Shown: one piece after another, positions 1-8,778 of the stretch
Layout: each line of letters starts with the position of its first letter
Position numbering within the stretch: the first letter of the stretch is position 1
Source of the DNA: an uncultured Bacteroidales bacterium
Lineage (GTDB): Bacteria; Bacteroidota; Bacteroidia; Bacteroidales; UBA932
Direction of reading: 5' to 3'
NCBI GenBank assembly: GCA_900318015.1
Contig: ONJB01000006.1
Location: 9,658-73,657, forward strand
DNA length: 64,000 nt
Notes under the pieces: model-generated
What the model saw: only the letters and a program-made list of their open reading frames with translations
The model's database searches: none
Told to the model about the DNA's origin: nothing
Program-made: the position numbers and the translations under genes

Positions 1-1830
1 ATGGCGGACGCCCTGGTGGCGGTGGAGATCCTCGTAATCATACTTGCTCACGTCCGTCTGGAAACCCGCGAAGCTATCGCCCACGGGATCGTAGTCGTCG
101 ATGAGCATCGGCGCGCTGGAGAAGATGTTGGGCGCCGTGCTGTTGGAATAGAAGGTGCGCTGCTGGTCGACCGTCTTCCCTTTACCGTCCGAGGAAATCC
201 ATACCTTGCTTCCGTCGGTATAGACCGCCCCCTCGTTCTTCCAGTTGGGAACGCCGGTGGACATGATCGTATTGTTGGGCATGCAGGTCACATATTCCCC
301 GTCCACCTTCAGGACGATGGAAGTCGATTCGTAGCAGGCGTTCATCGCCACCACGGCCCCGTCATGGGCCTTGAACACGTCGGAGGTGCGCACATCCGGC
401 ACCGAGGAGGTGAACTTGAGCGCGTAGCCCGGCGCCGACATGTCCCAGTCGGCGATGAAGATACGCTGGGCGGCGCCGTCCACGTTACCTTCGAACCGGC
501 GGTAGGTCAAGCCGGGAGCCACTTCCTTGACAGTCCATCCCTTGTCCTCCGAACGGAACACGAACTGGTCCGTACGCGCCTTCAGGTAGGCCTTCACATC
601 GTTCCAGCGGTAGTACGGGAAGCCTTCCAGGTCACCCAGGTGCGCCTCTTCCCCATTGAGAAGAACCTTCACGAGGGTATCCCCGGACTTGCCTTTCTTC
701 GGATTGAAGAAGATGAACTGGATGTTGGCGGCCATCGGGGAGCGGAAGGTCTGGAACCAATAGACCAGGTCGTCCTGATGGGCCGGAGCCCGGTCGAAGC
801 CATCCAGGTCCATGATCAGCTCGAGCGCCATCACCACGTGGTCGTGGCCGTAGCGCAGGTCGGCGCCGCGGCTGCCGGCGGTCAGGCGCTGCGTTGCCTT
901 CTCCACCATATCATCCACAATGGACGAACAAGGCGTCCGGTAGGCGTGATACTCGCGGAAACGCTCGTAGTTGTCCGTCTCCCAGAGGGTCGCGAACTCC
1001 TCCACCGTGAAGAAGTCCTTCACGTCGATGCGCACGTCCTGCGGCAGGCTGTTCATGCCGGCCACGAACATGTACAGGTGGAAGAACACATTGTACGGAT
1101 TACGCTGTCCCAAGGCCTTGTCCGGATTCTTGAAGAAGCGGGCGAGAACGTCCTTGTAATTCGGGAAATGGCGGAGGAAGAACCGCTCGGAGCTCTCGGG
1201 ATAAGGGAATACCTCCTCGGGGCCCTGATACTTGAACGGGTTCGATCCCTGGTTGGGCCGCGTCGCCTGCACGTCCATAATCCCCTGGTGCTCATACACG
1301 GAAGTCTCCGGCGCCAGGCGGGAAAGGGCCGCGCAGCAGGAGGACATGCTCATGATGGAGCGGACCGAAGGCGAAGAGCAGGCATCGACGGAACTCCCCT
1401 TCCCGAACACGGTCGGGTAGTTCTTCACCATCGTCCGGGCAATCTCCTGGTGCTGGTTCCAGCCGATTTCGGTGAGGTCGCCCACGCGATACTGCACATA
1501 CTCCCAGAAAGGCTCCAGGTCGTTGAGCAGGCTTTCGCCGCGGGCGGTGAGGTTCCCCTCGCGCCGGCCTTCGGCAAGCATGTTCAGGATGATGGAATAG
1601 GCGTCTCCGGTATAGGCATACCGGGAGCCGTGGCGGCCGTAATGGCTGATATAGACGGCTTCATACCCCTTTGGAACAGGGGTCAAGGCCTTCGGGGACA
1701 GGTCCAGCAGACAATCCAGTCCAGAGGACTTGTTCCAGTCCGCACGCACTTCCTCCCGGACGCCGAGGCGCTGGGCGCCGGCCGTCAGGCAAAGGAACAG
1801 GGAAAGAGCCAGAATCAGGTGTTTTTTCAT
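1..1830 (-). CDS. Secreted histidine acid phosphatase fused to a C-terminal phosphodiester glycosidase (NAGPA/DUF2233-like) domain; 3' end runs off the window (not in the ORF track)
   Basis: Manual translation from ATG at 1830: MKKHLILALSLFLCLTAGA-Q signal peptide; HYGRHGSRY and YGHDHV phosphatase motifs. From about nt 540 it reads TGVPNWK...SSAPMLIDDYDPVG...HRHQGVRH, paralogous to the 3840-4904 protein just before its RHPRTA motif. No stop found down to nt 1. Confidence 0.82.
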   Translation of the reverse strand, partial: MKKHLILALSLFLCLTAGAQRLGVREEVRADWNKSSGLDCLLDLSPKALTPVPKGYEAVYISHYGRHGSRYAYTGDAYSIILNMLAEGRREGNLTARGESLLNDLEPFWEYVQYRVGDLTEIGWNQHQEIARTMVKNYPTVFGKGSSVDACSSPSVRSIMSMSSCCAALSRLAPETSVYEHQGIMDVQATRPNQGSNPFKYQGPEEVFPYPESSERFFLRHFPNYKDVLARFFKNPDKALGQRNPYNVFFHLYMFVAGMNSLPQDVRIDVKDFFTVEEFATLWETDNYERFREYHAYRTPCSSIVDDMVEKATQRLTAGSRGADLRYGHDHVVMALELIMDLDGFDRAPAHQDDLVYWFQTFRSPMAANIQFIFFNPKKGKSGDTLVKVLLNGEEAHLGDLEGFPYYRWNDVKAYLKARTDQFVFRSEDKGWTVKEVAPGLTYRRFEGNVDGAAQRIFIADWDMSAPGYALKFTSSVPDVRTSDVFKAHDGAVVAMNACYESTSIVLKVDGEYVTCMPNNTIMSTGVPNWKNEGAVYTDGSKVWISSDGKGKTVDQQRTFYSNSTAPNIFSSAPMLIDDYDPVGDSFAGFQTDVSKYDYEDLHRHQGVRH

Positions 1831-1842
1831 TTTTCAGTTTGG

Positions 1843-3135
1843 TCAAAAGGTTTCATACAAGTCGATGGCATGGGAGAACCGACGCTCCAGGTCGGCGAAC
1901 GGATAGAGGCCGTCGGCATTGGCCGAAAGACCTTCCAGGCGCAGCTGGAGCGCCATCGGAGGGTTGTCCGGGGAGAGGACGGACACCTCCCGGAGCTGGT
2001 CGGCGGAAGCATAGACGAGCCAGATGTCGGCATACAGTTTCCCGTCCCGTCCGCGGAACTTCTCGAAGAGGATTTTCCCGCCGATCGGGGTTTTCGTCTC
2101 GATGGCGCCGGGGGCGTCGTACGGCTCGGCTCCGAGCGCCGCGAGGACACTGCCGATGTTGGAGTCGTGGCCGCAGAGGAAGGCGAACTTTCGGCCGGGG
2201 GTCCGGAGTTCCGCCAGGAGTTCCTGCAGCATCGGGTGCGCCACGTTCGCGGCCACGCTGGGGGCGGCGAACAGAACCTCCTGGTACCAGTCTTTCACGG
2301 AGGAGAGTCCGGCCCATTCCTCCCGGGTCAGTTTGTGTCCGAACCCGGCTTTCAGCACATCCGGTTCCTCATAATACTGGAGCGTGAGGGCGTCCGAGGC
2401 CGAGCAGGCCATCTTCAAGCCGCCGGTCATGGCGGGCTCCTTGTTCAGTTCGAAACGGACGGCCGAGGGGAAGGCTCCGAACGTCGTCGTATCGTGTGCG
2501 GCCGCCGGACTGGACTTGATGTCCAGGACTTTCTCGAGCAGCGCGTACTTCGCCTTCAGCGGCCCGTCCGGACCGCCCATGGCGAAAATCTCCGCGTAAG
2601 CCTTCGTGATGAAACGGTCGGAAAGCCTGGTAATCTGGGGGTTGAATACGGGGTCCATCGTTCCCAGCGGCGTGTGCTGTTCCACGTCGATATCGGCCAT
2701 CGGGAACATCCCGGCGGCGAAAGCGCGGGCCGTAGCGCGGGTGCGCTGGATGGAATTGGCATAGAAGCGGACGCTGCCCGCTTCCGGGACGCCGTCCTTG
2801 GCGAAAAAGCCTTCACCCACGAGCCACTCCCGGAAGAACTGGCCCATTTCCATCTCGAGCGCGCCGCCCCGGAGTGACAACTCGCCGGGGGCGGAACTCC
2901 AGGCAAACCATTCATGCGGGGTAATCCGGGACAGCACGGATCCCGGTCCACTGATGGGCGAACGGATGTTGTGCCGACTCAGGATGACCATCTCCTCCCG
3001 CGCATAGCGGTCGGCGAAGCCGGCCGGGCGCGGCTGGAAGGCGGTGCCTTCAGAGGCAACGCTCCCGGGCGCCAGCCGGGGGCTGCAGGAGGCGAGCAGC
3101 AGAACCGCCGCCGCAAAGACAGACAACCGTTTCAT
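1843..3135 (-). CDS. Histidine acid phosphatase lipoprotein, Agp (glucose-1-phosphatase/phytase)-like
   Basis: Lipobox LLLASC; SRHNIRSP (RHxxRxP) and CGHDSNI motifs closely resemble those of E. coli Agp. Confidence 0.85.
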   Translation of the reverse strand: MKRLSVFAAAVLLLASCSPRLAPGSVASEGTAFQPRPAGFADRYAREEMVILSRHNIRSPISGPGSVLSRITPHEWFAWSSAPGELSLRGGALEMEMGQFFREWLVGEGFFAKDGVPEAGSVRFYANSIQRTRATARAFAAGMFPMADIDVEQHTPLGTMDPVFNPQITRLSDRFITKAYAEIFAMGGPDGPLKAKYALLEKVLDIKSSPAAAHDTTTFGAFPSAVRFELNKEPAMTGGLKMACSASDALTLQYYEEPDVLKAGFGHKLTREEWAGLSSVKDWYQEVLFAAPSVAANVAHPMLQELLAELRTPGRKFAFLCGHDSNIGSVLAALGAEPYDAPGAIETKTPIGGKILFEKFRGRDGKLYADIWLVYASADQLREVSVLSPDNPPMALQLRLEGLSANADGLYPFADLERRFSHAIDLYETF

Positions 3136-3836
3136 TATTTGGCGTTCTCTTGAAGTACTTTTTTCAGGATCGGGGTAATCACTTTCTCCATTTCCGTGTA
3201 CCCGGCGGCGTTGGGGTGGATGGAATCCTTCTGATACGCCTTCTTCAGGCCCAGTTCCTCATCCACCAGGACGGAATAGTAATCGGCATAAGCGATGCCG
3301 GCTTGGTCGGCCCAGGTCTTGATCATGCCATTGAGGACTGGGATATAGTCCTGCGGGCGGAAACCCGGGACCTTGGGAAAGCTGTTGGAGGGCGGTACCG
3401 ACCCGACGATGACCGGGATGCCGGCATCCCGGGCCAGCTTGGCCATCGATTTCAGCCGCTCGAGGATGGACTCGAGCGTCGTCGCGGCGATGTCATTGGT
3501 CCCGCCTTCGATGACGACGCAGTGCGGGTCCAGGTCGACGACATCCGCCTTGAAACGGGCCAGCATGTCACTCGTCTTGTTCCCGCTGATTCCCTTGTTC
3601 ACATAGTTGTTGGACGAGAAAAACGCGGGGTGGCCGACGCCCTGCCGCTCCCACTGCCAGGTGATGCTGTCGCCGATGAAGACGGCTACCGGCCCCTTGT
3701 GCCGGGTGTCGAGAACGAGCGGCGGCTCCGGTGGAGGCAGATCCGGCAGGTCCGGCGTCGGTCCCTTCCTGCAGGAAACCAGGAAGAGCGCCCCTGTAAG
3801 CAGGAGGAGCAGGGAAATGAATAATCGTCTCGACAC
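3135..3836 (-). CDS. SGNH/GDSL hydrolase lipoprotein (putative esterase/O-deacetylase)
   Basis: Lipobox FLVSC; blocks GDSIT, KGISG, GGTND and DSIHPN (catalytic S, G, N, D-x-x-H); GTG start. Confidence 0.85.
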   Translation of the reverse strand: MSRRLFISLLLLLTGALFLVSCRKGPTPDLPDLPPPEPPLVLDTRHKGPVAVFIGDSITWQWERQGVGHPAFFSSNNYVNKGISGNKTSDMLARFKADVVDLDPHCVVIEGGTNDIAATTLESILERLKSMAKLARDAGIPVIVGSVPPSNSFPKVPGFRPQDYIPVLNGMIKTWADQAGIAYADYYSVLVDEELGLKKAYQKDSIHPNAAGYTEMEKVITPILKKVLQENAK

Positions 3837-3839
3837 GGC

Positions 3840-4904
3840 TTACTGGGCTTCCAGGATAACGAAATGTGTATCCCGCGCACGCTGCTTGTCCTCCCGTCCG
3901 CCGGTGTCGCAAGGCTTGTTGACGACGTGTGTCTCCGAATTACCCAATCCTTCGACACACATCGCCGTGGAACCGCCGCCGTCCATATTCAGCGCGTACT
4001 GCGGGTTGAAGTACTTCACCAGGAACTGGGTCAGCTCCTTGGCCGACATGCCGTTGCTGATGTTGGTACGGCCGTCCACGACGAACAGGATGAGATGGTT
4101 GTCGTGCGTGAGGGCCACCGCCGTGCGGGGATGCCGCTTGCGCTGGTGATGCTGCGGATGTTCCGAGTTCAGACTGCTCCAGTTGTTGACGGAATTGTCG
4201 ATGAAGGTCTCCCCGACGGGGTTGTAGTCATCGAGCAACATCGGCGCGCTGGAAATGAGGTATTTGTCCGTGCGCTGCATGTAGAAGTTGCGCTGTTTCG
4301 TCACCAGGGCCTGGTAATCGTCGGGAGCCTTGTAGGGACGGATCAAGTCGCCTGCCTTCGTGATGCTGACATTCCGGACGCCGTCGCAGAAGAATGCGGC
4401 TTCGCTCTTCCAGTTGGGCACGCCGGTCGTCGAAATCTGCGTATTGGGAATGGCGGACTTGGTGGAACCGCCCACGCGGATGAAGATCGACCCGGCCTCA
4501 TAGCCGGCATTCACGGTCGCGATCGCGTGGTTGTTCTTATGGACATCGGACGTCACTGCAGCCGGCGACGTATAGGTCAGCGCGACGGTATACTTCGGGT
4601 TCGACAGGTCCAGGTCGACAGCGAAAGCCTCCTGGCTGACCCCGGTGACCACATCCTTGCCGGAATAGGCATAGTAGGTGATGCCTTCGCGGACTGACGA
4701 GACCGTCCAGCCGTTTCCGGAGTTCGGCCGGACCACCTTGCCGCGGTTCGCTTCCCAGGCGGGCGTTTCATCGCCACCGCCACCCTGCTCGCCGCCGGAA
4801 GGGCTCGGTGGCGGGGGAATCAGGTCGGGGTTGTCCTTCCCCCCGCAGGACCAGACCAGCAGGGGGAGGAAAACCGCGATGTAATAAAGGCTTCTGCGTT
4901 TCAT
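3840..4904 (-). CDS. Phosphodiester glycosidase family (NAGPA/DUF2233-like) lipoprotein
   Basis: Lipobox LVWSC, Pro/Gly linker, RHPRTAVA, VVDGR and ALNMDGGGS motifs typical of the family. Confidence 0.85.
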   Translation of the reverse strand: MKRRSLYYIAVFLPLLVWSCGGKDNPDLIPPPPSPSGGEQGGGGDETPAWEANRGKVVRPNSGNGWTVSSVREGITYYAYSGKDVVTGVSQEAFAVDLDLSNPKYTVALTYTSPAAVTSDVHKNNHAIATVNAGYEAGSIFIRVGGSTKSAIPNTQISTTGVPNWKSEAAFFCDGVRNVSITKAGDLIRPYKAPDDYQALVTKQRNFYMQRTDKYLISSAPMLLDDYNPVGETFIDNSVNNWSSLNSEHPQHHQRKRHPRTAVALTHDNHLILFVVDGRTNISNGMSAKELTQFLVKYFNPQYALNMDGGGSTAMCVEGLGNSETHVVNKPCDTGGREDKQRARDTHFVILEAQ

Positions 4905-4905
4905 G

Positions 4906-7038
4906 CTACTTCAGTTTCGGCAGGTCGGCGCTGAAGTCCCAGACATCGGCGCTCCAGCCCATCTCGACAGCCTTGGCGGAAAGGGTGCCTTCTGCGCCGA
5001 CGTAATTGTCCTTGACGTCCGCGGAACCGTCCTTGACCGCTCCGGCGAAAGGCAGGGAGGCATTCCAGCCGATACAGGAAGAGATGGCGGCGGTATTCAC
5101 GTCCACACTGCCGGCAAAGATACCGGTCTTGGCGTCCGTGCCGGTCACTTCCCCCGCGGCATAGCAGTTCGTCACGACGATCAGGCCCTTGGCGATGCCG
5201 ATGAAGCCGCCCACATTGGCCCGGCTGCCGCCTTCCACCTGGATGGTGGAGTAGCTGTCGGTAATCTGGCACTTCAGGGTGGCATTCCCCTCAGGATAGC
5301 CGGCAAAGCCGCCCACCTGGGTATTGCCCGCCGTAATGGTGCCGCCGATCACCGCGCACTTGCTGATGGCGGGGTGATAGTCGACGCCGACGAAACCGCC
5401 GGAGTTCTGGCCGCCGCTGATGGTCGCGTTCTCCACGACGCATTTGGTGATTACGGAGCCCTCGTGGCGTCCCGCCTGGCCGACGAAGCCACCGACACGC
5501 TTGGAAGAAGGGGCGTTGATGACGACGTCCTTCACCTGGCAGTTCTCGAAGACGGCCGCCTTGTTGATGTTGCCCGTGAAGCCGCCCACATACTGGATGG
5601 CGTTGGGAGAATTGACCGTGACACCGGTCACCGTACAGTTCTCGATACGGGCGCCGGCCGCATCCGGATACCCCATGAAACCACCGACATTGTTGGTGGT
5701 GCCGCCCGTGACCGTGCTGTTCTGGATGTGGCAGTCGGAAATGGTCGTCACTACGGCCACCTGCGCAACGACGCCGCCCATGGAACTCGTGCCGGTGACG
5801 GAAGAATTCTTCACGGTCACACCCGTCAGCGAGCACGGATACAGATTGGCGCTCGTACCCACATAACCAGCCACCACGCCCGTCTTGTTGCCACCGGCAT
5901 CGATCTTGGCGCCGTCAAAGGTGACGTCCTTGATCGTGCCGTACAGCACGCCGGCAAAACTGGCATACGAGGTCTCCCCTACCGTGAGGTTGGAAATGGT
6001 ATGTCCGGCGCCGTCGAAGTCGATGAACTTGTTGAAAGGATCGACGTTGTTCAGCGGCACCCAGTCGATGCCGGTCATGTCGATGTCGGCCCCCAGTTTC
6101 GCATACCGGATTGAACCTTCCGCGAGGTCGCCGGCCAGATAGGCCAGCTGCTCCGGCGTTTCGATGATCCAGGGAGCCGCCTTCGTCCCCTTGCCGCCGG
6201 CATAATGGGCGTTCTGGGCTTCGTCGGCCCAGCCGCCGCCGGCGAGGGTGAAGAGGTTCACCACGCCCGTCTCCAGGGTGGCCTTCTTCGAGAACAGCAC
6301 ATCCCGGCTGAGCAGCTTGTCGTTACCGCCCAGGACGACGTAGAGCGTCGCGCCGGAAGGCACCTCGGCCGCATTCCAGGAGGTATTGAACCAGGCCGTC
6401 AGGACGCCGTCTTCGGGCGTGCAGTCGGTCAGGTTGAGCTGGAGCTTGTCCGTCTTCTCCTCATCGCCGTTGCCTTTGTAGAAAAGGGGCGTATCGGCGG
6501 AGACGGCGATCGAAGCAGGTTCCGTGATTCCATCGGGCACCTCGACGGTGAGCTTCAGGACGCCGGTCTGCTTGAGGGTACCGGCATGCTCTGCGGCCCA
6601 CGCGGGGTCGAAGGCAAAGGTGAAATAGTCATCGACATTCTCGAGCGCCGCCTCATAACGGAGGTGAGCCAGGCTGTTGTTGCCCTTCTGGGTCTGGAGG
6701 CTCCAATCCGTCTCGAGGGCGTCCTGGCCGGGATAGAGGATGGTGAAGGTCTTGCCCTTGACGGGTCGGCCGACGAACTCGGCTTTCTTGGGCGAAAATC
6801 CTTCCTTGATCTTGAAGACCTCCGTGGTCTCACCGATGACAGTGATCTTGTCACCCGCATTCCAGGTCCAGGAAAGCTTCGTCTCCAGGCCGGCACCGCG
6901 CGTGGCGGGCGCGTCGGGGAGGATGGCGCTGATGGTCACCAGATCGTCCGGACCGGAAACCAGATCCGGTTCCACATCCTTACCGCAAGAGAAGACGAGG
7001 GCAAGGAGCGACAAGGCAAAGATGTATCTTGTTTTCAT
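4906..7038 (-). CDS. Surface lipoprotein with GLUG-like/parallel beta-helix repeats (putative substrate-binding accessory protein)
   Basis: Start reassigned to MKTRY (7038); lipobox LVFSC; repeated xGGFxG units in the C-terminal half; follows susD in the same orientation. Confidence 0.65.
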   Translation of the reverse strand: MKTRYIFALSLLALVFSCGKDVEPDLVSGPDDLVTISAILPDAPATRGAGLETKLSWTWNAGDKITVIGETTEVFKIKEGFSPKKAEFVGRPVKGKTFTILYPGQDALETDWSLQTQKGNNSLAHLRYEAALENVDDYFTFAFDPAWAAEHAGTLKQTGVLKLTVEVPDGITEPASIAVSADTPLFYKGNGDEEKTDKLQLNLTDCTPEDGVLTAWFNTSWNAAEVPSGATLYVVLGGNDKLLSRDVLFSKKATLETGVVNLFTLAGGGWADEAQNAHYAGGKGTKAAPWIIETPEQLAYLAGDLAEGSIRYAKLGADIDMTGIDWVPLNNVDPFNKFIDFDGAGHTISNLTVGETSYASFAGVLYGTIKDVTFDGAKIDAGGNKTGVVAGYVGTSANLYPCSLTGVTVKNSSVTGTSSMGGVVAQVAVVTTISDCHIQNSTVTGGTTNNVGGFMGYPDAAGARIENCTVTGVTVNSPNAIQYVGGFTGNINKAAVFENCQVKDVVINAPSSKRVGGFVGQAGRHEGSVITKCVVENATISGGQNSGGFVGVDYHPAISKCAVIGGTITAGNTQVGGFAGYPEGNATLKCQITDSYSTIQVEGGSRANVGGFIGIAKGLIVVTNCYAAGEVTGTDAKTGIFAGSVDVNTAAISSCIGWNASLPFAGAVKDGSADVKDNYVGAEGTLSAKAVEMGWSADVWDFSADLPKLK

Positions 7039-7052
7039 AATCTGATGCATTT

Positions 7053-8765
7053 TTAGTTGAAGAAGTCGTGTTCGGGATAGTCCGGGAGCTGGCCGCCGGC
7101 GTTGACGGTCTCATCATCACCACCGCCGGTTCCGGCCTTGAGGGTCGGGATCGGGCCGCTGAAATCCCACACGGAATCGCTCCAGCCCAGGGAACGGGCC
7201 AGGGAGGTGACGGTGGCGTCCGCAGGCGCCGCCAGACCATGGTACGCGAAGTCATAGGTGTTCGTGCCGCACACCAGCGGAGTGCCGGGACCGGCGTTCC
7301 CCTGGTTGGTGACCACGTACCCGAGCTCGGCGTTCTTCTCACACTCCGAGAATGCGATTCCGGCCTTGCGGAAGCAGTTGACCAGGAAATTCTGCGTCGC
7401 CGTGAAGCCGACGACGACACCGCTGCTGTAGTGCTCGGCCCCGTCCGTCGCCCGGGACTTGATTTCGTCATTCCAGGCGATACAGCCCTCGACATGGTTG
7501 TTGGGGGTGTTGGTACCGTTTGCATTCTTCTGGTCCAGGTTCGCATGACCGAGGATACCGGCATACTGGAAGGAGCCCTCGACCGTCATCAGCGAGAAGC
7601 AGTTGTACATGGCGGATTCGGCCTTGATGAAGCCGCCGCCGATACCGCCCACCTTGGAACCGGCCTTGACATGGCCCTTCGTCCAGCAATCGCTGACCGT
7701 GGAGGCACCCGTGTCATAACCGAAGAGGCCGCCCACGTAGTCCTCACCGCTCTCGATCTCCACATCGGCGGAGCAGGCGGTAATATTGGCGCCGCAGATA
7801 CGTCCGAAAAGGGCGCCCGTACCGTTCTTGTTACCACCCGGGGAAGTCACCCGGCCCTGGACATGGACGCGATGCGCTTCGCCAGCCTTCAGGACTCCGC
7901 TGACCGTCGTGCCGCAGTAACTGCCGATGATGCCGGTGGCGCCGCCAACGGCGCTCTCGATCACGGCATTCGCGAAAGTCACGTCGTGCACATTACCATA
8001 CAGCACGCCGAAGAAGCTCGGGTAGTTGGCGAAGGTGGACGTGAAGTTCGAGATCGTATGGCCGCCGCCGTCGAAGTCGATGCAGTTGTCGTAGGGCGAC
8101 GCGAAGTTGAGCGGGACCCAGTCGATGCCTTCCATGTCGATGTCGGCCTTCATGCGGAAATAGACCTTGGTCCCGGGGACCAGCAGCTCGGACATCTTCA
8201 GCATGTCCGCCGCCGTGTAGAGGTTGTACGGATCGTTCTTGGTGCCGGAACCGGCATCCGGGGCCACATAGGCCCGCTTGACGAGCACATAGGCATAAGG
8301 GGAAGAGGAGCGCTCCCAGTTGTCGGTACCGATCACCTCGTCGATGGTGACGGGGACCACGTAGATGACGTCTTCTTCCATGCCGGAAGCCGAAATCTTG
8401 AGTTTGGCCGAGGTGGATGCCTTGCCGTAGCGGGGCATCAGCACCTTGTTGGTCGTGAACTCATACGCCGAACCCGGGCACATCTGGTAGTTGGTGCCGT
8501 GGGTGCTGTTGTACGCAGCGGCGCCGTCAGGGTCGACCTTCAGCGTCAGGTTGAGGACGAGGTCCGAAACCGCTTCGGCATAGGCCTGCACGTCCACGGT
8601 CTTGCTCTTGCCGGGGACGATCTCGATGACTTCTTCAAGGTCCGGAGCGCCGGCATAGAACACGCCCTTCATCTGCGAAACGGGCGGCTGCGGCTCCTTT
8701 TCGCGGCAGGCCGTGAAGGCCAGCGCGAAGGAAAGGAGAAGGAGATAGGATATAATTCTTTTCAT
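7053..8765 (-). CDS. DUF1735 (BT_3987-N-like) lipoprotein with a C-terminal GLUG-like/beta-helix region
   Basis: Lipobox AFTAC; DLVLNLTLKVDPDGAAAYNSTHGTNYQMCP...YVVPVTI resembles DUF1735; typical SusE/F position directly after susD. Confidence 0.7.
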   Translation of the reverse strand: MKRIISYLLLLSFALAFTACREKEPQPPVSQMKGVFYAGAPDLEEVIEIVPGKSKTVDVQAYAEAVSDLVLNLTLKVDPDGAAAYNSTHGTNYQMCPGSAYEFTTNKVLMPRYGKASTSAKLKISASGMEEDVIYVVPVTIDEVIGTDNWERSSSPYAYVLVKRAYVAPDAGSGTKNDPYNLYTAADMLKMSELLVPGTKVYFRMKADIDMEGIDWVPLNFASPYDNCIDFDGGGHTISNFTSTFANYPSFFGVLYGNVHDVTFANAVIESAVGGATGIIGSYCGTTVSGVLKAGEAHRVHVQGRVTSPGGNKNGTGALFGRICGANITACSADVEIESGEDYVGGLFGYDTGASTVSDCWTKGHVKAGSKVGGIGGGFIKAESAMYNCFSLMTVEGSFQYAGILGHANLDQKNANGTNTPNNHVEGCIAWNDEIKSRATDGAEHYSSGVVVGFTATQNFLVNCFRKAGIAFSECEKNAELGYVVTNQGNAGPGTPLVCGTNTYDFAYHGLAAPADATVTSLARSLGWSDSVWDFSGPIPTLKAGTGGGDDETVNAGGQLPDYPEHDFFN

Positions 8766-8778
8766 GTTGCGGGTCCGT

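Noticed and set aside
1-2877. 958-aa plus-strand ORF
   Set aside because: Antisense shadow of the two phosphatase genes. Strong GC3 bias suppresses stops on the opposite strand, and the translation has no recognisable motifs.
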